Shown here piece after piece: positions 36,313 to 45,018 of a DNA stretch of 64,000 bases (position 1 is its first letter; every line of letters starts with the position of its first letter). The translations under genes and the position numbers were made by a program. This DNA is from a virus. The notes under the pieces are model-generated. The model saw only the letters and a program-made list of their open reading frames with translations. It ran no database searches and was not told the DNA's origin. The stretch lies in IMG/VR virus record IMGVR_UViG_3300021964_000016; one strand, given 5' to 3'.

Positions 36313-36489
36313 TTATTGGTTAACCGCGAGGGAGTTCTGAATTTCTAGAATGTAGTCGTCTAGAAACTGTCTCTTTTTTTCAACCTTATGTGCTAGTTCG
36401 TTTTTTCCTTTTCTATTAAGTTTGTGGACGTAATGCCCTAACTCTGCGCTATCCTTGCGTAACCTTTCTAACTGATTTGTCGATACCAT
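36313..36489 (-). CDS. Hypothetical basic helical protein, 58 aa (not in ORF track)
   Basis: MVSTNQLERLRKDSAELGHYVHKLNRKGKNELAHKVEKKRQFLDDYI...; SD AAGGAG. Confidence 0.78.
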   Translation of the reverse strand: MVSTNQLERLRKDSAELGHYVHKLNRKGKNELAHKVEKKRQFLDDYILEIQNSLAVNQ

Positions 36490-36510
36490 AGGCGACTCCT
36501 TGGTTAAAAT

Positions 36511-36963
36511 TTAGGAAGTCATAATCAAGTTGGGAACTGCCTCCTTCACTGTTTCAACTGACAACCCTTTTGGCGGCGTCTTGGACAACATGTCGCAAAG
36601 CAGTTCCGCGTCAGCAGGGTGTACAGATTCTAGCACTCCAATAAACATAGTCTCCCTTTTTAGCGGGTGCATATGATCCGCTTTGAGACCTTTTACAAAG
36701 TATTGGAGTTTGGTGTTTTGCTTGTGCCAACTAGAAGGAAATTTGTCCTCTTCAGCAGGGGTGAATGGCGGACGTCCTTCTGGCAGAAGAAGTTGGATTC
36801 GATCATCAAAGAGGCATCTAAGATAATCGGAAAAAGAAGAATACATTTTTGAGTATTCGCGAATCAATTCTACTCTCTTACTTTCATCAGACTTTTCGAT
36901 GAGTTCAACGATTTCGTACAATTCCAACCTGGACTTCTTACCTTGTTGAAGTTCAGTTATCAT
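36511..36963 (-). CDS. Conserved T4-like hypothetical protein (DUF6433-like)
   Basis: LLPEGRPPF, YFVKG and KRETMFIGVLESVHPADAELL. Confidence 0.75.
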   Translation of the reverse strand: MITELQQGKKSRLELYEIVELIEKSDESKRVELIREYSKMYSSFSDYLRCLFDDRIQLLLPEGRPPFTPAEEDKFPSSWHKQNTKLQYFVKGLKADHMHPLKRETMFIGVLESVHPADAELLCDMLSKTPPKGLSVETVKEAVPNLIMTS

Positions 36964-36981
36964 AATCTCCTCGCTACAATA

Positions 36982-37413
36982 TTATATAGGATTATCAACA
37001 TTACTACTTAGGTGTTTTCTAGAGATACGACAATTTATAATTCCATTGTAGTATTCGTCATTTAAAAGGACTTCTCTATCGAACTGCTCTTTTGCTTCGT
37101 AGTACGAGCAGTCACCTTTGGTTTTACACAACCTGATTATTTCTCGTTTGAAAGCATCGGCACCTTTCTGTTCTAATAAAAGTTTTACCGCTTCAGAACT
37201 ACCGAAATAACCTTTCCAGTCTGATTCTACTCGCATATGTTTCCTACGCTTTCGACTTTTAGTCACTGGCAGTGTTTTCTTTTTGTGAAAAAATTTTTTG
37301 CCGACATACTTCATACCTGTTTCTATTTCAGTTATGACGTACACAAACCCTGTCCATTCTTGGAGCGATTCGTATTCTGGGTCAAAAACTTTTCCTTCGT
37401 AGTGCCAAGTCAT
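36982..37413 (-). CDS. GIY-YIG family endonuclease
   Basis: GFVYVITE..TGMKYVGKK, SDWKGYFGSS, FKREII and YYNG. Confidence 0.8.
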   Translation of the reverse strand: MTWHYEGKVFDPEYESLQEWTGFVYVITEIETGMKYVGKKFFHKKKTLPVTKSRKRRKHMRVESDWKGYFGSSEAVKLLLEQKGADAFKREIIRLCKTKGDCSYYEAKEQFDREVLLNDEYYNGIINCRISRKHLSSNVDNPI

Positions 37414-37535
37414 GCTTCTACTGGAGACGCGCACATAGGACAATACGCTGGTTCAGCATCACAATTTTCATCTAAAATTATTTCACAGTGAGATTCGCAG
37501 ACGTCGCAAATAACGTCAAACACATACTCTTCCAT
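37410..37535 (-). CDS. Small zinc-ribbon protein, 41 aa (not in ORF track)
   Basis: MEEYVFDVICDVCESHCEIILDENCDAEPAYCPMCASPVEA; two CxxC motifs; ATGA overlap. Confidence 0.75.
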   Translation of the reverse strand: MEEYVFDVICDVCESHCEIILDENCDAEPAYCPMCASPVEA

Positions 37536-37537
37536 TA

Positions 37538-37969
37538 TTAATCTCTCGCTATCTTTCCTGTTTCGTACAGATATTCTCTATTAGTTATATGCTCTTGAGC
37601 AATGTCGTCTTTTGATTGCCCGAAATACCTAACCCCGAGTTTGTTTTCAATCATAATTTCGTTCACGGGGCGGTATGCGTCTTTTGAAGCATCGTACACG
37701 ATAAACTCTCCCAAGATTCGACCATACTTTCCCTTTCCGTCTTTCCTAGTTCGAAGAACCGCTTCTTCACCCAAAGAGTTTACCAGATAATCTTTTGCGA
37801 GCAACCCACACTTTTTCTCTTCGAGGTTTCTCGTTCTAGACTCTGGAGTATCGATGCCATAGAGTCTAACCCTTTGTTTCTTTAACCAAACGCCAAACCC
37901 GAGATCGATATCAACATCAACCGTGTCTCCGTCGACAACCTTTATTACTTTGCAATTATATTCGAACAT
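37538..37969 (-). CDS. Thermonuclease (SNase-like)
   Basis: KVVDGDTVD, RVRLYGIDTPES and GKYGRILG. Confidence 0.9.
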   Translation of the reverse strand: MFEYNCKVIKVVDGDTVDVDIDLGFGVWLKKQRVRLYGIDTPESRTRNLEEKKCGLLAKDYLVNSLGEEAVLRTRKDGKGKYGRILGEFIVYDASKDAYRPVNEIMIENKLGVRYFGQSKDDIAQEHITNREYLYETGKIARD

Positions 37970-38208
37970 TACAGCACCTTTTTAAGATGATAACCCACAG
38001 GTTGTAAAAGTTTGAATGTATTTTTACAACCTTCTGTGTCAATAAACACAAAGTGGGTTTCGGATATTTTTTTAATTTTTTTAACCTTAAAGGTTTGTGG
38101 GTTTCCCTTGGATACTTTGGTTCCGTCTGGTTGTTCTACTGTTTCTCCTGGGAAAAATATAGTCAACTCCCACTCGTCATGTAACCATTTTTTTATAGAC
38201 TGCTTCAT
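37969..38208 (-). CDS. Hypothetical protein
   Basis: 79 aa, TAATG-coupled to the nuclease gene. Confidence 0.65.
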   Translation of the reverse strand: MKQSIKKWLHDEWELTIFFPGETVEQPDGTKVSKGNPQTFKVKKIKKISETHFVFIDTEGCKNTFKLLQPVGYHLKKVL

Positions 38209-38211
38209 ATC

Positions 38212-38283
38212 TTACCGTACACTAAAATACATGGTCACTTCGAACCCAGCACGGATAACGATTGCTTCTGGTTTGTTCCACAT
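38212..38283 (-). CDS. pqqA: Pyrroloquinoline quinone precursor peptide PqqA (23 aa; not in ORF track)
   Basis: MWNKPEAIVIRAGFEVTMYFSVR matches the PqqA pattern MWxKP...RxGFEVTMY with the Glu-x3-Tyr core; purine-rich SD region AAAGGGGAAAGGT. Confidence 0.9.
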   Translation of the reverse strand: MWNKPEAIVIRAGFEVTMYFSVR

Positions 38284-38294
38284 ACCTTTCCCCT

Positions 38295-38804
38295 TTATGC
38301 GATAATACTTATTGATGTTCTTTCGTCAGAAAGAACATCGACCTTGTGAGAAACTCCTTTTGGCATAAAAAATATATGCCCAGGTTCTACTATTTGTTCT
38401 CTTATTTCCCCTCGGTGCCCTTCTGCCCCCGAAATCTCAAACCAAGTCCATTTTGTGACACCAAGTATGTTAAATGCCCAAACCTCATAATTGTCAACGT
38501 GCCAACCAAGACTAGAGTTTGCCCCTTCGTGAAGTCCAATAAACATAGAAATGTTTATACATTTATGGTACTCCATCATCTCCTTAAAAACTTTTGGGAA
38601 CGTCTTTTTATCTTTATCGCACCAACCATAATGCCTATAGACTGTACTGGAGTCTACTCGACTTTTCATTTCTGAGTGCCATTTACCAGGAGCTTCTGAC
38701 ATGATATAGTCAGTATCGGGAAGAGCATCAAACCATTTTTTGGGCATAGTCTGGTAAGAAGTCCCCCATTGTGCGTTTGGTTTATCATAATATTTAGGTT
38801 CCAA
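38295..38804 (-). CDS. JmjC/cupin-like 2OG oxygenase
   Basis: LGWHVD.YEVWAFNILGVTKW...VEPGHIFFMPKGVSHKV...RTSIS. Confidence 0.8.
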   Translation of the reverse strand: MEPKYYDKPNAQWGTSYQTMPKKWFDALPDTDYIMSEAPGKWHSEMKSRVDSSTVYRHYGWCDKDKKTFPKVFKEMMEYHKCINISMFIGLHEGANSSLGWHVDNYEVWAFNILGVTKWTWFEISGAEGHRGEIREQIVEPGHIFFMPKGVSHKVDVLSDERTSISIIA

Positions 38805-38805
38805 A

Positions 38806-39783
38806 TTATGCCGCTCCCCAAACCTCTTTCCAGTCTCCAGTTAATGCCCCGCGAGCATAATCTGTAGCACGGTTCTCAAAAAAGTTTGTGTGTGTTGGCG
38901 CGTTAATCATTTCTTCGACCCAAAGTAAAGGGTTCTTCTTCACTTTAAAGATACCCTTCATGCCCAAAGAGATAAGGCGACGATCTGCGATGTACCGAAT
39001 ATATGCCTTAACTTCTTCTTGAGTAAGTCCTTCCATTGGACCCATGGCAAACGCCAGATCGATAAACTTGTCCTCGAGTTCTACCATCTTTTCTGCAATA
39101 GAGTAGATCGTTGATTTCAACTGATCGTTCCAAATCTCGATATTCTCTTCTATGTAGGTTCGGAATAGTTTGATCATAGACTCGGCGTGCATAGTCTCGT
39201 CGACGATAGACCAAGTTACAATCTGTCCCATGCCCTTCATCTTACCATGACGCGGAAAGTTGAGTAGCATGATGAAAGAACTGAACAGTTGCATACCTTC
39301 GGTGAAGGCAGAGAACGCGGCGATATTAGCAGCAACAGATTCTTTGGTGCCGTTATTTGCGGAAAGGTTTAGAAAATACTCGTGCTTCTCTCGCATTGCC
39401 TCGTACTCGAGGAACTCGTTGTATGTAGACTCAGGCATACCCAAGGTCTCTATCAAATGCGAATAAGCAGCAACGTGGAGTGCTTCTCTCGCGGCGAATC
39501 CCATAAGCATCATACGAACTTCTGGTTGTGGGAAATAAGGAAGATAGTTCGAAACATATCCACCCGCAACATCGATATCACCCTGAGTAAAAAATCGAAA
39601 AATATTGGTCAAAAATGCTCGCTCTTCAATAGTGAGTTTTCTTTGCCAATCCTTTACATCTTCTGCCATTGGAACTTCCGTGTGTAACCAATGAGACTGC
39701 TCATGTTTCAACCAAGCATCATATGCCCATGGATAGTTGAAAGGTTTGAAGTGGTCCCTGTTGTCCGTAATTGATAGTTGCAT
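38806..39783 (-). CDS. nrdB: Ribonucleotide reductase class Ia beta subunit
   Basis: FFTQGD, REALH..AYS, EGMQLFSSF, DETMH and NFFENRATDY. Confidence 0.97.
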   Translation of the reverse strand: MQLSITDNRDHFKPFNYPWAYDAWLKHEQSHWLHTEVPMAEDVKDWQRKLTIEERAFLTNIFRFFTQGDIDVAGGYVSNYLPYFPQPEVRMMLMGFAAREALHVAAYSHLIETLGMPESTYNEFLEYEAMREKHEYFLNLSANNGTKESVAANIAAFSAFTEGMQLFSSFIMLLNFPRHGKMKGMGQIVTWSIVDETMHAESMIKLFRTYIEENIEIWNDQLKSTIYSIAEKMVELEDKFIDLAFAMGPMEGLTQEEVKAYIRYIADRRLISLGMKGIFKVKKNPLLWVEEMINAPTHTNFFENRATDYARGALTGDWKEVWGAA

Positions 39784-39786
39784 GCA

Positions 39787-40341
39787 TTATCCTTTGTTTT
39801 CTGTTTTGTTGAACCAAGTTACTAGTACGATTCTATGACCATCATAAACTTTGCTCACTCCATGAGTCAAGTTTGGACCATAAACTAAACTTTCACCATC
39901 ATCAACTTTCACCACATCCATTATAATTTGCTGACCATAGGGGGGAGCATCTTGTTCGCGAGAATGCCGCGCCACCTGATTTCCCATTGGTCTGCTCTTT
40001 AATTTATACTCTGCTCTAACTAAAGATTCTCCACCAACCAACTCCTTTGTTTTTAGTAAAGTAACAATTGTCAAATCCGAGTTGTTGTCTTCGTGCATTC
40101 TTGTAAAAGAATCTTTTTCATATTTTAAAAAATATGCCCCCTTATCTCCTGGCATCTTTGAATACTTTTTCAAAGTATTATAGAAACCGTATTGTAGTGG
40201 GGTTGGAACATCTCTTCTTTCAACATCAAACAAGTTGTAGTTTTGATGCCAAAAAACAGGAGAGAGACTTTCGTATATTTCTAGTGCTTCTTTTATTTCA
40301 TCACCGGAAAGAATTCTTTCCTTAATATAACCACTCACCAA
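39787..40341 (-). CDS. 2OG-Fe(II) oxygenase between nrdA and nrdB
   Basis: YFLKY...HED...LTIVTLL...GGE...HGVSKVYDGHRIVLVTWF. Confidence 0.82.
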   Translation of the reverse strand: MVSGYIKERILSGDEIKEALEIYESLSPVFWHQNYNLFDVERRDVPTPLQYGFYNTLKKYSKMPGDKGAYFLKYEKDSFTRMHEDNNSDLTIVTLLKTKELVGGESLVRAEYKLKSRPMGNQVARHSREQDAPPYGQQIIMDVVKVDDGESLVYGPNLTHGVSKVYDGHRIVLVTWFNKTENKG

Positions 40342-42144
40342 TTATCCCTCGCAAGCGATACACTCTTCATTATTAACGATAGCAACCATATCAATTTCTT
40401 TGATTGCTTCTCTTTCGATCTTCTTAGAAACGCGATCTGCCTTTCCAAGTTTTTCAGAGCGACAATAGTACAAAGTCTTCAACCCTTTCTTCCACGCCAA
40501 GAAATGGACAGCATGCAAGTAAACGATATTCGCGTCTGGTCTAAAGAACAGATTCAAAGACTGCGCTTGATCGATAAACTGTTGCCGATCAGCAGCGTGC
40601 TCAATAACCCAACGTTGATCAATTTCCATAGAGGTCTTGAATACGTCTTTTTCTTCTTGGGTCAGAAACCGAAGATGCTGAGCAGAACCATCGTTAGCAA
40701 TAATGCTTGACCAAATTTCATCATAGTCTTGCTTTGTTTCGCCCGACTGAATTTTTGCTTTTATGAGTTGATCCAAATATCGGTTTTTATTTAAATGTGA
40801 ACCAGACAATGTATCCTGACGGTATGCGTTTGCTCGCCAAGGTTCTATAGAAGGAGAAGTATTGCCCATAATGATAGAGGAACTAGCATTAGGCGCAACA
40901 GCCATAACATGAGAAAATCTCTTTCCAGTTCCTTCTGCGTCTGGTGCTTCTCCTCGTTCTTTACCGATCTCGAGGTTTGCTTCATCGAGTTTCCTCCGGA
41001 TGAGAGAAAATATCCTGTTGTTAGTAACCTTTGCCATGGCACAATCCCATGGTAGGTTTTTCTTTTGTAGATAAGCATGAAACCCAAGGGCACCGATACC
41101 GATCGAACGCTCTCGCATTGCGGAGAACTTAGCACGAGCAACTGTATCTGGCGCGTTGTCAATAAAAAATTGCAACACGTTGTCCAACATCTCTGCCATG
41201 TCTTTCAAAAACAATTCGTTCTTGCTCCAAGCATCATAGTGCTCGAGGTTTACTGAAGAAAGACAACAAACAGCAGTTCGTTCTTCATTAGTTGGCAGGA
41301 TAATTTCTGAACAAAGATTAGACTGATGAATCTTTAATCCCAGTTCTTTTTGAAAAGCAGGCATCATACGATTGCTGGTATCGATGAAGTGCAGGTATGG
41401 TTCGCCTGTCTCCATGCGTAGTTCCAGAATCTTCTGCCACAGAGACTTTGCTGAAATAGTATCGCGGATTTCGCCTGAGTGCGGATCAATTAGATTCCAA
41501 CCATCATCTGCGTCGGCGTCTTGCATACAACGTTCAATCAACTCCATGAACCGATCGCTGATATTGATACCATGATGCAAGTTTAAACAACGGCGATTTT
41601 GGTCGCCTGTTGGTTTGCGCATTTCAAGAAACTCAATCACGTCTGGGTGAGAGATATCGAGGTATGCTGCATATGAACCACGCCGAGTCTTACCCTGACG
41701 ATAAGCAAGGGAAGAAGCGTCATAGGTTTTAAGGTGCGGGATTACACCAGTGGACTTATCGTCAGAAGAACGAATACCAAAACCGATCCCTACACCACCA
41801 CCCATCATAGACAACCAGTTAGTCTCGGATAGGTTGCTCACCAATCCTTCAGCTGTATCCTCGATGAAGTTGAGGAAGCAAGAGATTGGCATACCCTTTC
41901 CCGTGCGCCCATACGCGAGGATAGGGGTAGAGTAGGATAACCAGTGTTTAGAAGAGTATTCGTAGAGACGTTGAGCGTGCTCAGGGTTTGAAGAGAATTT
42001 TTGAGAGACAAAAGCGAATCGATGTTGAGGCGACTCTTCGTCGTCTCGCATATATGATTCTTTAAGTCTTTGGATTCCTAATTTGTCGAAGAGTTCATCA
42101 CGAGAGAGATCGATTTCTATACCAAGATATTGCTGCTTTGCCAC
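40342..42144 (-). CDS. nrdA: Ribonucleotide reductase class Ia alpha subunit (no ATP cone)
   Basis: STP, ISCF, GGGVG, SNLCSEI, VCCLSS, APNASSS, KTLYY and terminal CIACEG. Confidence 0.97.
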   Translation of the reverse strand: MAKQQYLGIEIDLSRDELFDKLGIQRLKESYMRDDEESPQHRFAFVSQKFSSNPEHAQRLYEYSSKHWLSYSTPILAYGRTGKGMPISCFLNFIEDTAEGLVSNLSETNWLSMMGGGVGIGFGIRSSDDKSTGVIPHLKTYDASSLAYRQGKTRRGSYAAYLDISHPDVIEFLEMRKPTGDQNRRCLNLHHGINISDRFMELIERCMQDADADDGWNLIDPHSGEIRDTISAKSLWQKILELRMETGEPYLHFIDTSNRMMPAFQKELGLKIHQSNLCSEIILPTNEERTAVCCLSSVNLEHYDAWSKNELFLKDMAEMLDNVLQFFIDNAPDTVARAKFSAMRERSIGIGALGFHAYLQKKNLPWDCAMAKVTNNRIFSLIRRKLDEANLEIGKERGEAPDAEGTGKRFSHVMAVAPNASSSIIMGNTSPSIEPWRANAYRQDTLSGSHLNKNRYLDQLIKAKIQSGETKQDYDEIWSSIIANDGSAQHLRFLTQEEKDVFKTSMEIDQRWVIEHAADRQQFIDQAQSLNLFFRPDANIVYLHAVHFLAWKKGLKTLYYCRSEKLGKADRVSKKIEREAIKEIDMVAIVNNEECIACEG

Positions 42145-42212
42145 GGTAATTCACGTCCTTATTCAAATATATTTCAGGGGTGCTTTTATATAGGGCAGGA
42201 CGAAATTGAAAA

Positions 42213-42377
42213 CTATTTCATTTGTTTCTTTATTTTTCCCATGACCTCAATAAAGCGTCTTGTTATAGGGTACTTCCTTTTTCTCTTGGGACCCATGTTT
42301 GCTGTATCGTGAGGAATACCAGCGTCAGCAGCAGTAGTCATCTCTTCGTTGGTTAGGTATTCTTTAAACTTTTTCAT
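42213..42377 (-). CDS. Small probable internal head protein, 54 aa (not in ORF track)
   Basis: MKKFKEYLTNEEMTTAADAGIPHDTANMGP...; capsid-targeting-like N-terminus; ATGA overlap. Confidence 0.75.
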   Translation of the reverse strand: MKKFKEYLTNEEMTTAADAGIPHDTANMGPKRKRKYPITRRFIEVMGKIKKQMK

Positions 42378-42955
42378 CGTCTCAGTTCTCCGACAGCGAC
42401 GTAGATTTTCTGATTAGTAGGAACATGAATTGCTTCAAATAAATCTAAACCCAAAAGGTTGTCAATAGGAAAGGCATCTTGTTCAACCCTTACCTTGTCG
42501 CCTGCTCTGCAAATTTCTTCACAGGTAGAGTTTACCATCTTAGGATTTGCCAGTTTGTAAATTCCAGGAGTAAGCATACCATCTTTGGTACAGAACCACT
42601 CTTTGCTTTCGTCCAGAGAATGCAGAGGGTCTACTCCACAACGCTCTACAATCTTTTGTACAGAACTATCCCCAAGGTTCAGGTGCTCCTTTATTAACAA
42701 GAGAGCAGCAGCATAGGAGGCGAGACGAGAACTGCCACCTGGAACCTTCGCTAAGAGTTTTTTAAGATTAAACGCAAGACGATGAAAAGTATTATAGGCA
42801 GACTTTTCATCTGTGGTTTGGGGGGACTTTAGTTTCTTACCTTCTTTATCGATAAGACCAAGTTTGAAGGCAGTGGTATCTTCGAACTGCGTAGTAAGCA
42901 AACGCAGAAAGCGAAGGGTGTATACTAGATCGCCTGTTCTGCTTAAAATGCCCAT
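42374..42955 (-). CDS. Conserved T4-like hypothetical protein
   Basis: DLVYTLRFLRLLT, AFKLGLIDKEG, FHRLAFNLKKLL and SYAAALLLIKE. Confidence 0.75.
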   Translation of the reverse strand: MGILSRTGDLVYTLRFLRLLTTQFEDTTAFKLGLIDKEGKKLKSPQTTDEKSAYNTFHRLAFNLKKLLAKVPGGSSRLASYAAALLLIKEHLNLGDSSVQKIVERCGVDPLHSLDESKEWFCTKDGMLTPGIYKLANPKMVNSTCEEICRAGDKVRVEQDAFPIDNLLGLDLFEAIHVPTNQKIYVAVGELRR

Positions 42956-43317
42956 TAAATTGCTTCCAACTTTTTAACCACGAAAGGGTCAACTTCGACT
43001 CCCTCGAAATCTTCTTCTTTAATGGCGCATAAGAATATTAAAAACGGTTTTAATATTTTTAAGTTGTTCGCGCCAACTTTGTACATAAGCATTAGTATTC
43101 CAGGTTCATTACCAAAAACATTAAGGATAATGGTAATGTGGTTCAGGAGTAACCTCTCACAAAGATCTCCTCCACGGTTGTACCTGTTGATCAATCTGTT
43201 TATGTACTTAAAACGATTCAACTCGTCGTAAAATTCTTCCGCGTCTATGCAGCGAGGACTGTAATAGTTTTTCGCTGCATAGATGAGGAAGTTCTGGTCA
43301 TTTAATTCTGTAATCAC
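42955..43317 (-). CDS. Conserved T4-like hypothetical protein
   Basis: NFLIYAAKNYYSP.C...EFYDELNRFKYINRL and LLLNHITIILNVFG. Confidence 0.75.
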   Translation of the reverse strand: MITELNDQNFLIYAAKNYYSPRCIDAEEFYDELNRFKYINRLINRYNRGGDLCERLLLNHITIILNVFGNEPGILMLMYKVGANNLKILKPFLIFLCAIKEEDFEGVEVDPFVVKKLEAI

Positions 43318-43361
43318 TGAATAGATTCCCTATAATTCAGAGTTATCTATTCTTAAAGTAA

Positions 43362-43625
43362 TTACTTCTTTTGATGACTTTCAATCGCAGAAATCAGTTC
43401 GTCTTTCTTTTTGCGAAGGTCTAACTCAATTCCGATCTCACGCCCATATGCCTCGAGATCTTTCTTGGTCATTTTGCTCAGTTGTGCTTTGGTGACAGCA
43501 ACTTTCTCTTCTTTTACCTCTACAGGTTCTGGAGTATTTGTCTCGAGTTTAGTAGGTTTCCGAGAAAAATACCAAACCCCAACAGCAAATGCCGCAATTA
43601 GACCCCATACAATAACAAGTTCCAT
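43362..43625 (-). CDS. Membrane-anchored protein with HeH/Rho-N-like C-terminal domain
   Basis: N-terminal TM segment; LSKMTKKDLEAYGREIGIELDLRKKKDELI. Confidence 0.65.
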   Translation of the reverse strand: MELVIVWGLIAAFAVGVWYFSRKPTKLETNTPEPVEVKEEKVAVTKAQLSKMTKKDLEAYGREIGIELDLRKKKDELISAIESHQKK

Positions 43626-43638
43626 TATGAATTCATCC

Positions 43639-44283
43639 TCATTTTACTGGTTTGTTGTCTCCGCCTTTCAGGTTATCACCACGACGTGCTGGCGATTGAG
43701 ACTTAACGGCACGTCCTGCTTTGGCCACATCATCATGACCCTTTTCTTCTTTGTCTTCAAATTCCTTGTCAGACTTTTTATGGGCATCCGCAAACTCTTT
43801 CGACTTTGGGGATTCTTTATCCATGATGCCTTCTGGTTCGGTAGCACCCTTGGTGTGCTTGTCTTTCTTTTCCATAACTGCTTCAAGTTGATTCAACTTA
43901 TCAGCAAGGTTTGCTAACCAATCTGCTTCTTCTTTCTTCAATTCTGATGGTTGTGCATTTGACTTGTCACCCTTACGAGCAGGTGCCTTTTTGATTGGGT
44001 CAGCAGGTGCTTCTTCTTTAACGTGATAACCAGTATCATCGCAATGGTCACAACCCTTACCCTTACACTTAGGGCACTCTACCCTTTCTTCCTTACGCAT
44101 CTTTCCACAAGAAGATTCTTCGACTTCTTCGTTCTCTTCTTTCCGGAGGGCAGCAAGGTCAGAGGCATCGATGTCTCCGTCCTTGTCTTTGTCCATGTGC
44201 TTCTTTTGAGCAGGAGAGAGTTTCTTCTTTTCTTGAACCTCTTGGAATGCTCTCCAGATGTTCTCAATTACTTTCTTGTCCAT
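43639..44283 (-). CDS. Charged probable internal head protein with EF-hand-like and Cys-rich motifs
   Basis: DKDKDGDIDASDL; CPKCKGKGCDHCDDTGY; late promoter upstream. Confidence 0.65.
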   Translation of the reverse strand: MDKKVIENIWRAFQEVQEKKKLSPAQKKHMDKDKDGDIDASDLAALRKEENEEVEESSCGKMRKEERVECPKCKGKGCDHCDDTGYHVKEEAPADPIKKAPARKGDKSNAQPSELKKEEADWLANLADKLNQLEAVMEKKDKHTKGATEPEGIMDKESPKSKEFADAHKKSDKEFEDKEEKGHDDVAKAGRAVKSQSPARRGDNLKGGDNKPVK

Positions 44284-44696
44284 TATTCGTTCCCCTTGGG
44301 AGTTTCTTTTGTTTCCTTATTTATACCAGACGCCTTCTCGGATATCTCGGTTTCATAATAAAGAAGCAAAGATTGCTGTTGCTCCACGTATCGACGAATC
44401 TCGTCTAGATTGAGAGACATATTTTCGTAGTGCGGAACAGAAACAGCAAAGAACACAACGTTGCCGTTCACTTTACTAAATTCTTCGAGAAACTCTTCTA
44501 AATTGTCTCGAGTGACAGCATACCATCGAACTTCATGAAGTTCGACAGGACGTGGTGGTTGCTTGATGGGAATAGTAGGTTGTTGTACAACAGTCCTAGT
44601 TACTATCACTTCCTTCGGTTTCATCCACCCGCAACCCGTCATCAGGAGGATTGCCAGTAATAGACTCAAATGCGTCAAATGCTTTTTGGGTGCCAC
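44283..44696 (-). CDS. Outer-membrane spanin-like lipoprotein (o-spanin)
   Basis: Lipobox LLMTG-C, Pro-rich linker, overlaps the end of the i-spanin candidate. Confidence 0.72.
   Translation of the reverse strand: MAPKKHLTHLSLLLAILLMTGCGWMKPKEVIVTRTVVQQPTIPIKQPPRPVELHEVRWYAVTRDNLEEFLEEFSKVNGNVVFFAVSVPHYENMSLNLDEIRRYVEQQQSLLLYYETEISEKASGINKETKETPKGNE
44318..44325 (-). promoter_or_regulatory. T4-type late promoter TATAAATA
   Basis: Exact consensus about 35 nt upstream of the ATG at 44283. Confidence 0.7.
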
Positions 44697-45018
44697 TATT
44701 TACTCTCTTTTCAATAAGTCCAGGTTTTTTCAAAGTCAGAACAGTTAAATCGTGCCTTCGAAAAGTGCTGATCAACTGATTCCTTCTGGTTTCTGACTCT
44801 TGTAATTTTGAGTTTAACTCATTAGACAACTCATTACTGCGCTCAACATTTTCTTGCAAAGTCTCAATAGTTCTTTGATTGTCCTCTGCTACAATTTTCA
44901 ACTGAGCATTATTCGCTTCTAATTGGCGGATAGTTGCTTGAGTATCTTTGTAATAGAAATACCCACCACCTGCGACGGAACCAAACATCAATATCAACAT
45001 TAGAAGTATGTAGGGCAT
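44596..45018 (-). CDS. Inner-membrane spanin-like protein (i-spanin)
   Basis: N-terminal TM segment, long coiled coil, KPGLIEKRVN; paired with an overlapping lipoprotein. Confidence 0.72.
   Translation of the reverse strand: MPYILLMLILMFGSVAGGGYFYYKDTQATIRQLEANNAQLKIVAEDNQRTIETLQENVERSNELSNELNSKLQESETRRNQLISTFRRHDLTVLTLKKPGLIEKRVNSGTQKAFDAFESITGNPPDDGLRVDETEGSDSN

Noticed and set aside
36300-36316. 16S rRNA fragment (GATCACCTTCCTTA)
   Set aside because: The match is only about 13 nt with no flanking rRNA similarity. It is treated as an SD-like element instead.
36982-37413. Mobile homing endonuclease
   Set aside because: It is a short catalytic-domain-only GIY-YIG protein with no DNA-binding tail, coupled within an operon; there is no evidence of mobility.
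39787-40341. Intron or homing endonuclease between nrdA and nrdB
   Set aside because: Both nrd genes are intact and the insert has 2OG-oxygenase motifs, not HNH, GIY-YIG or LAGLIDADG.
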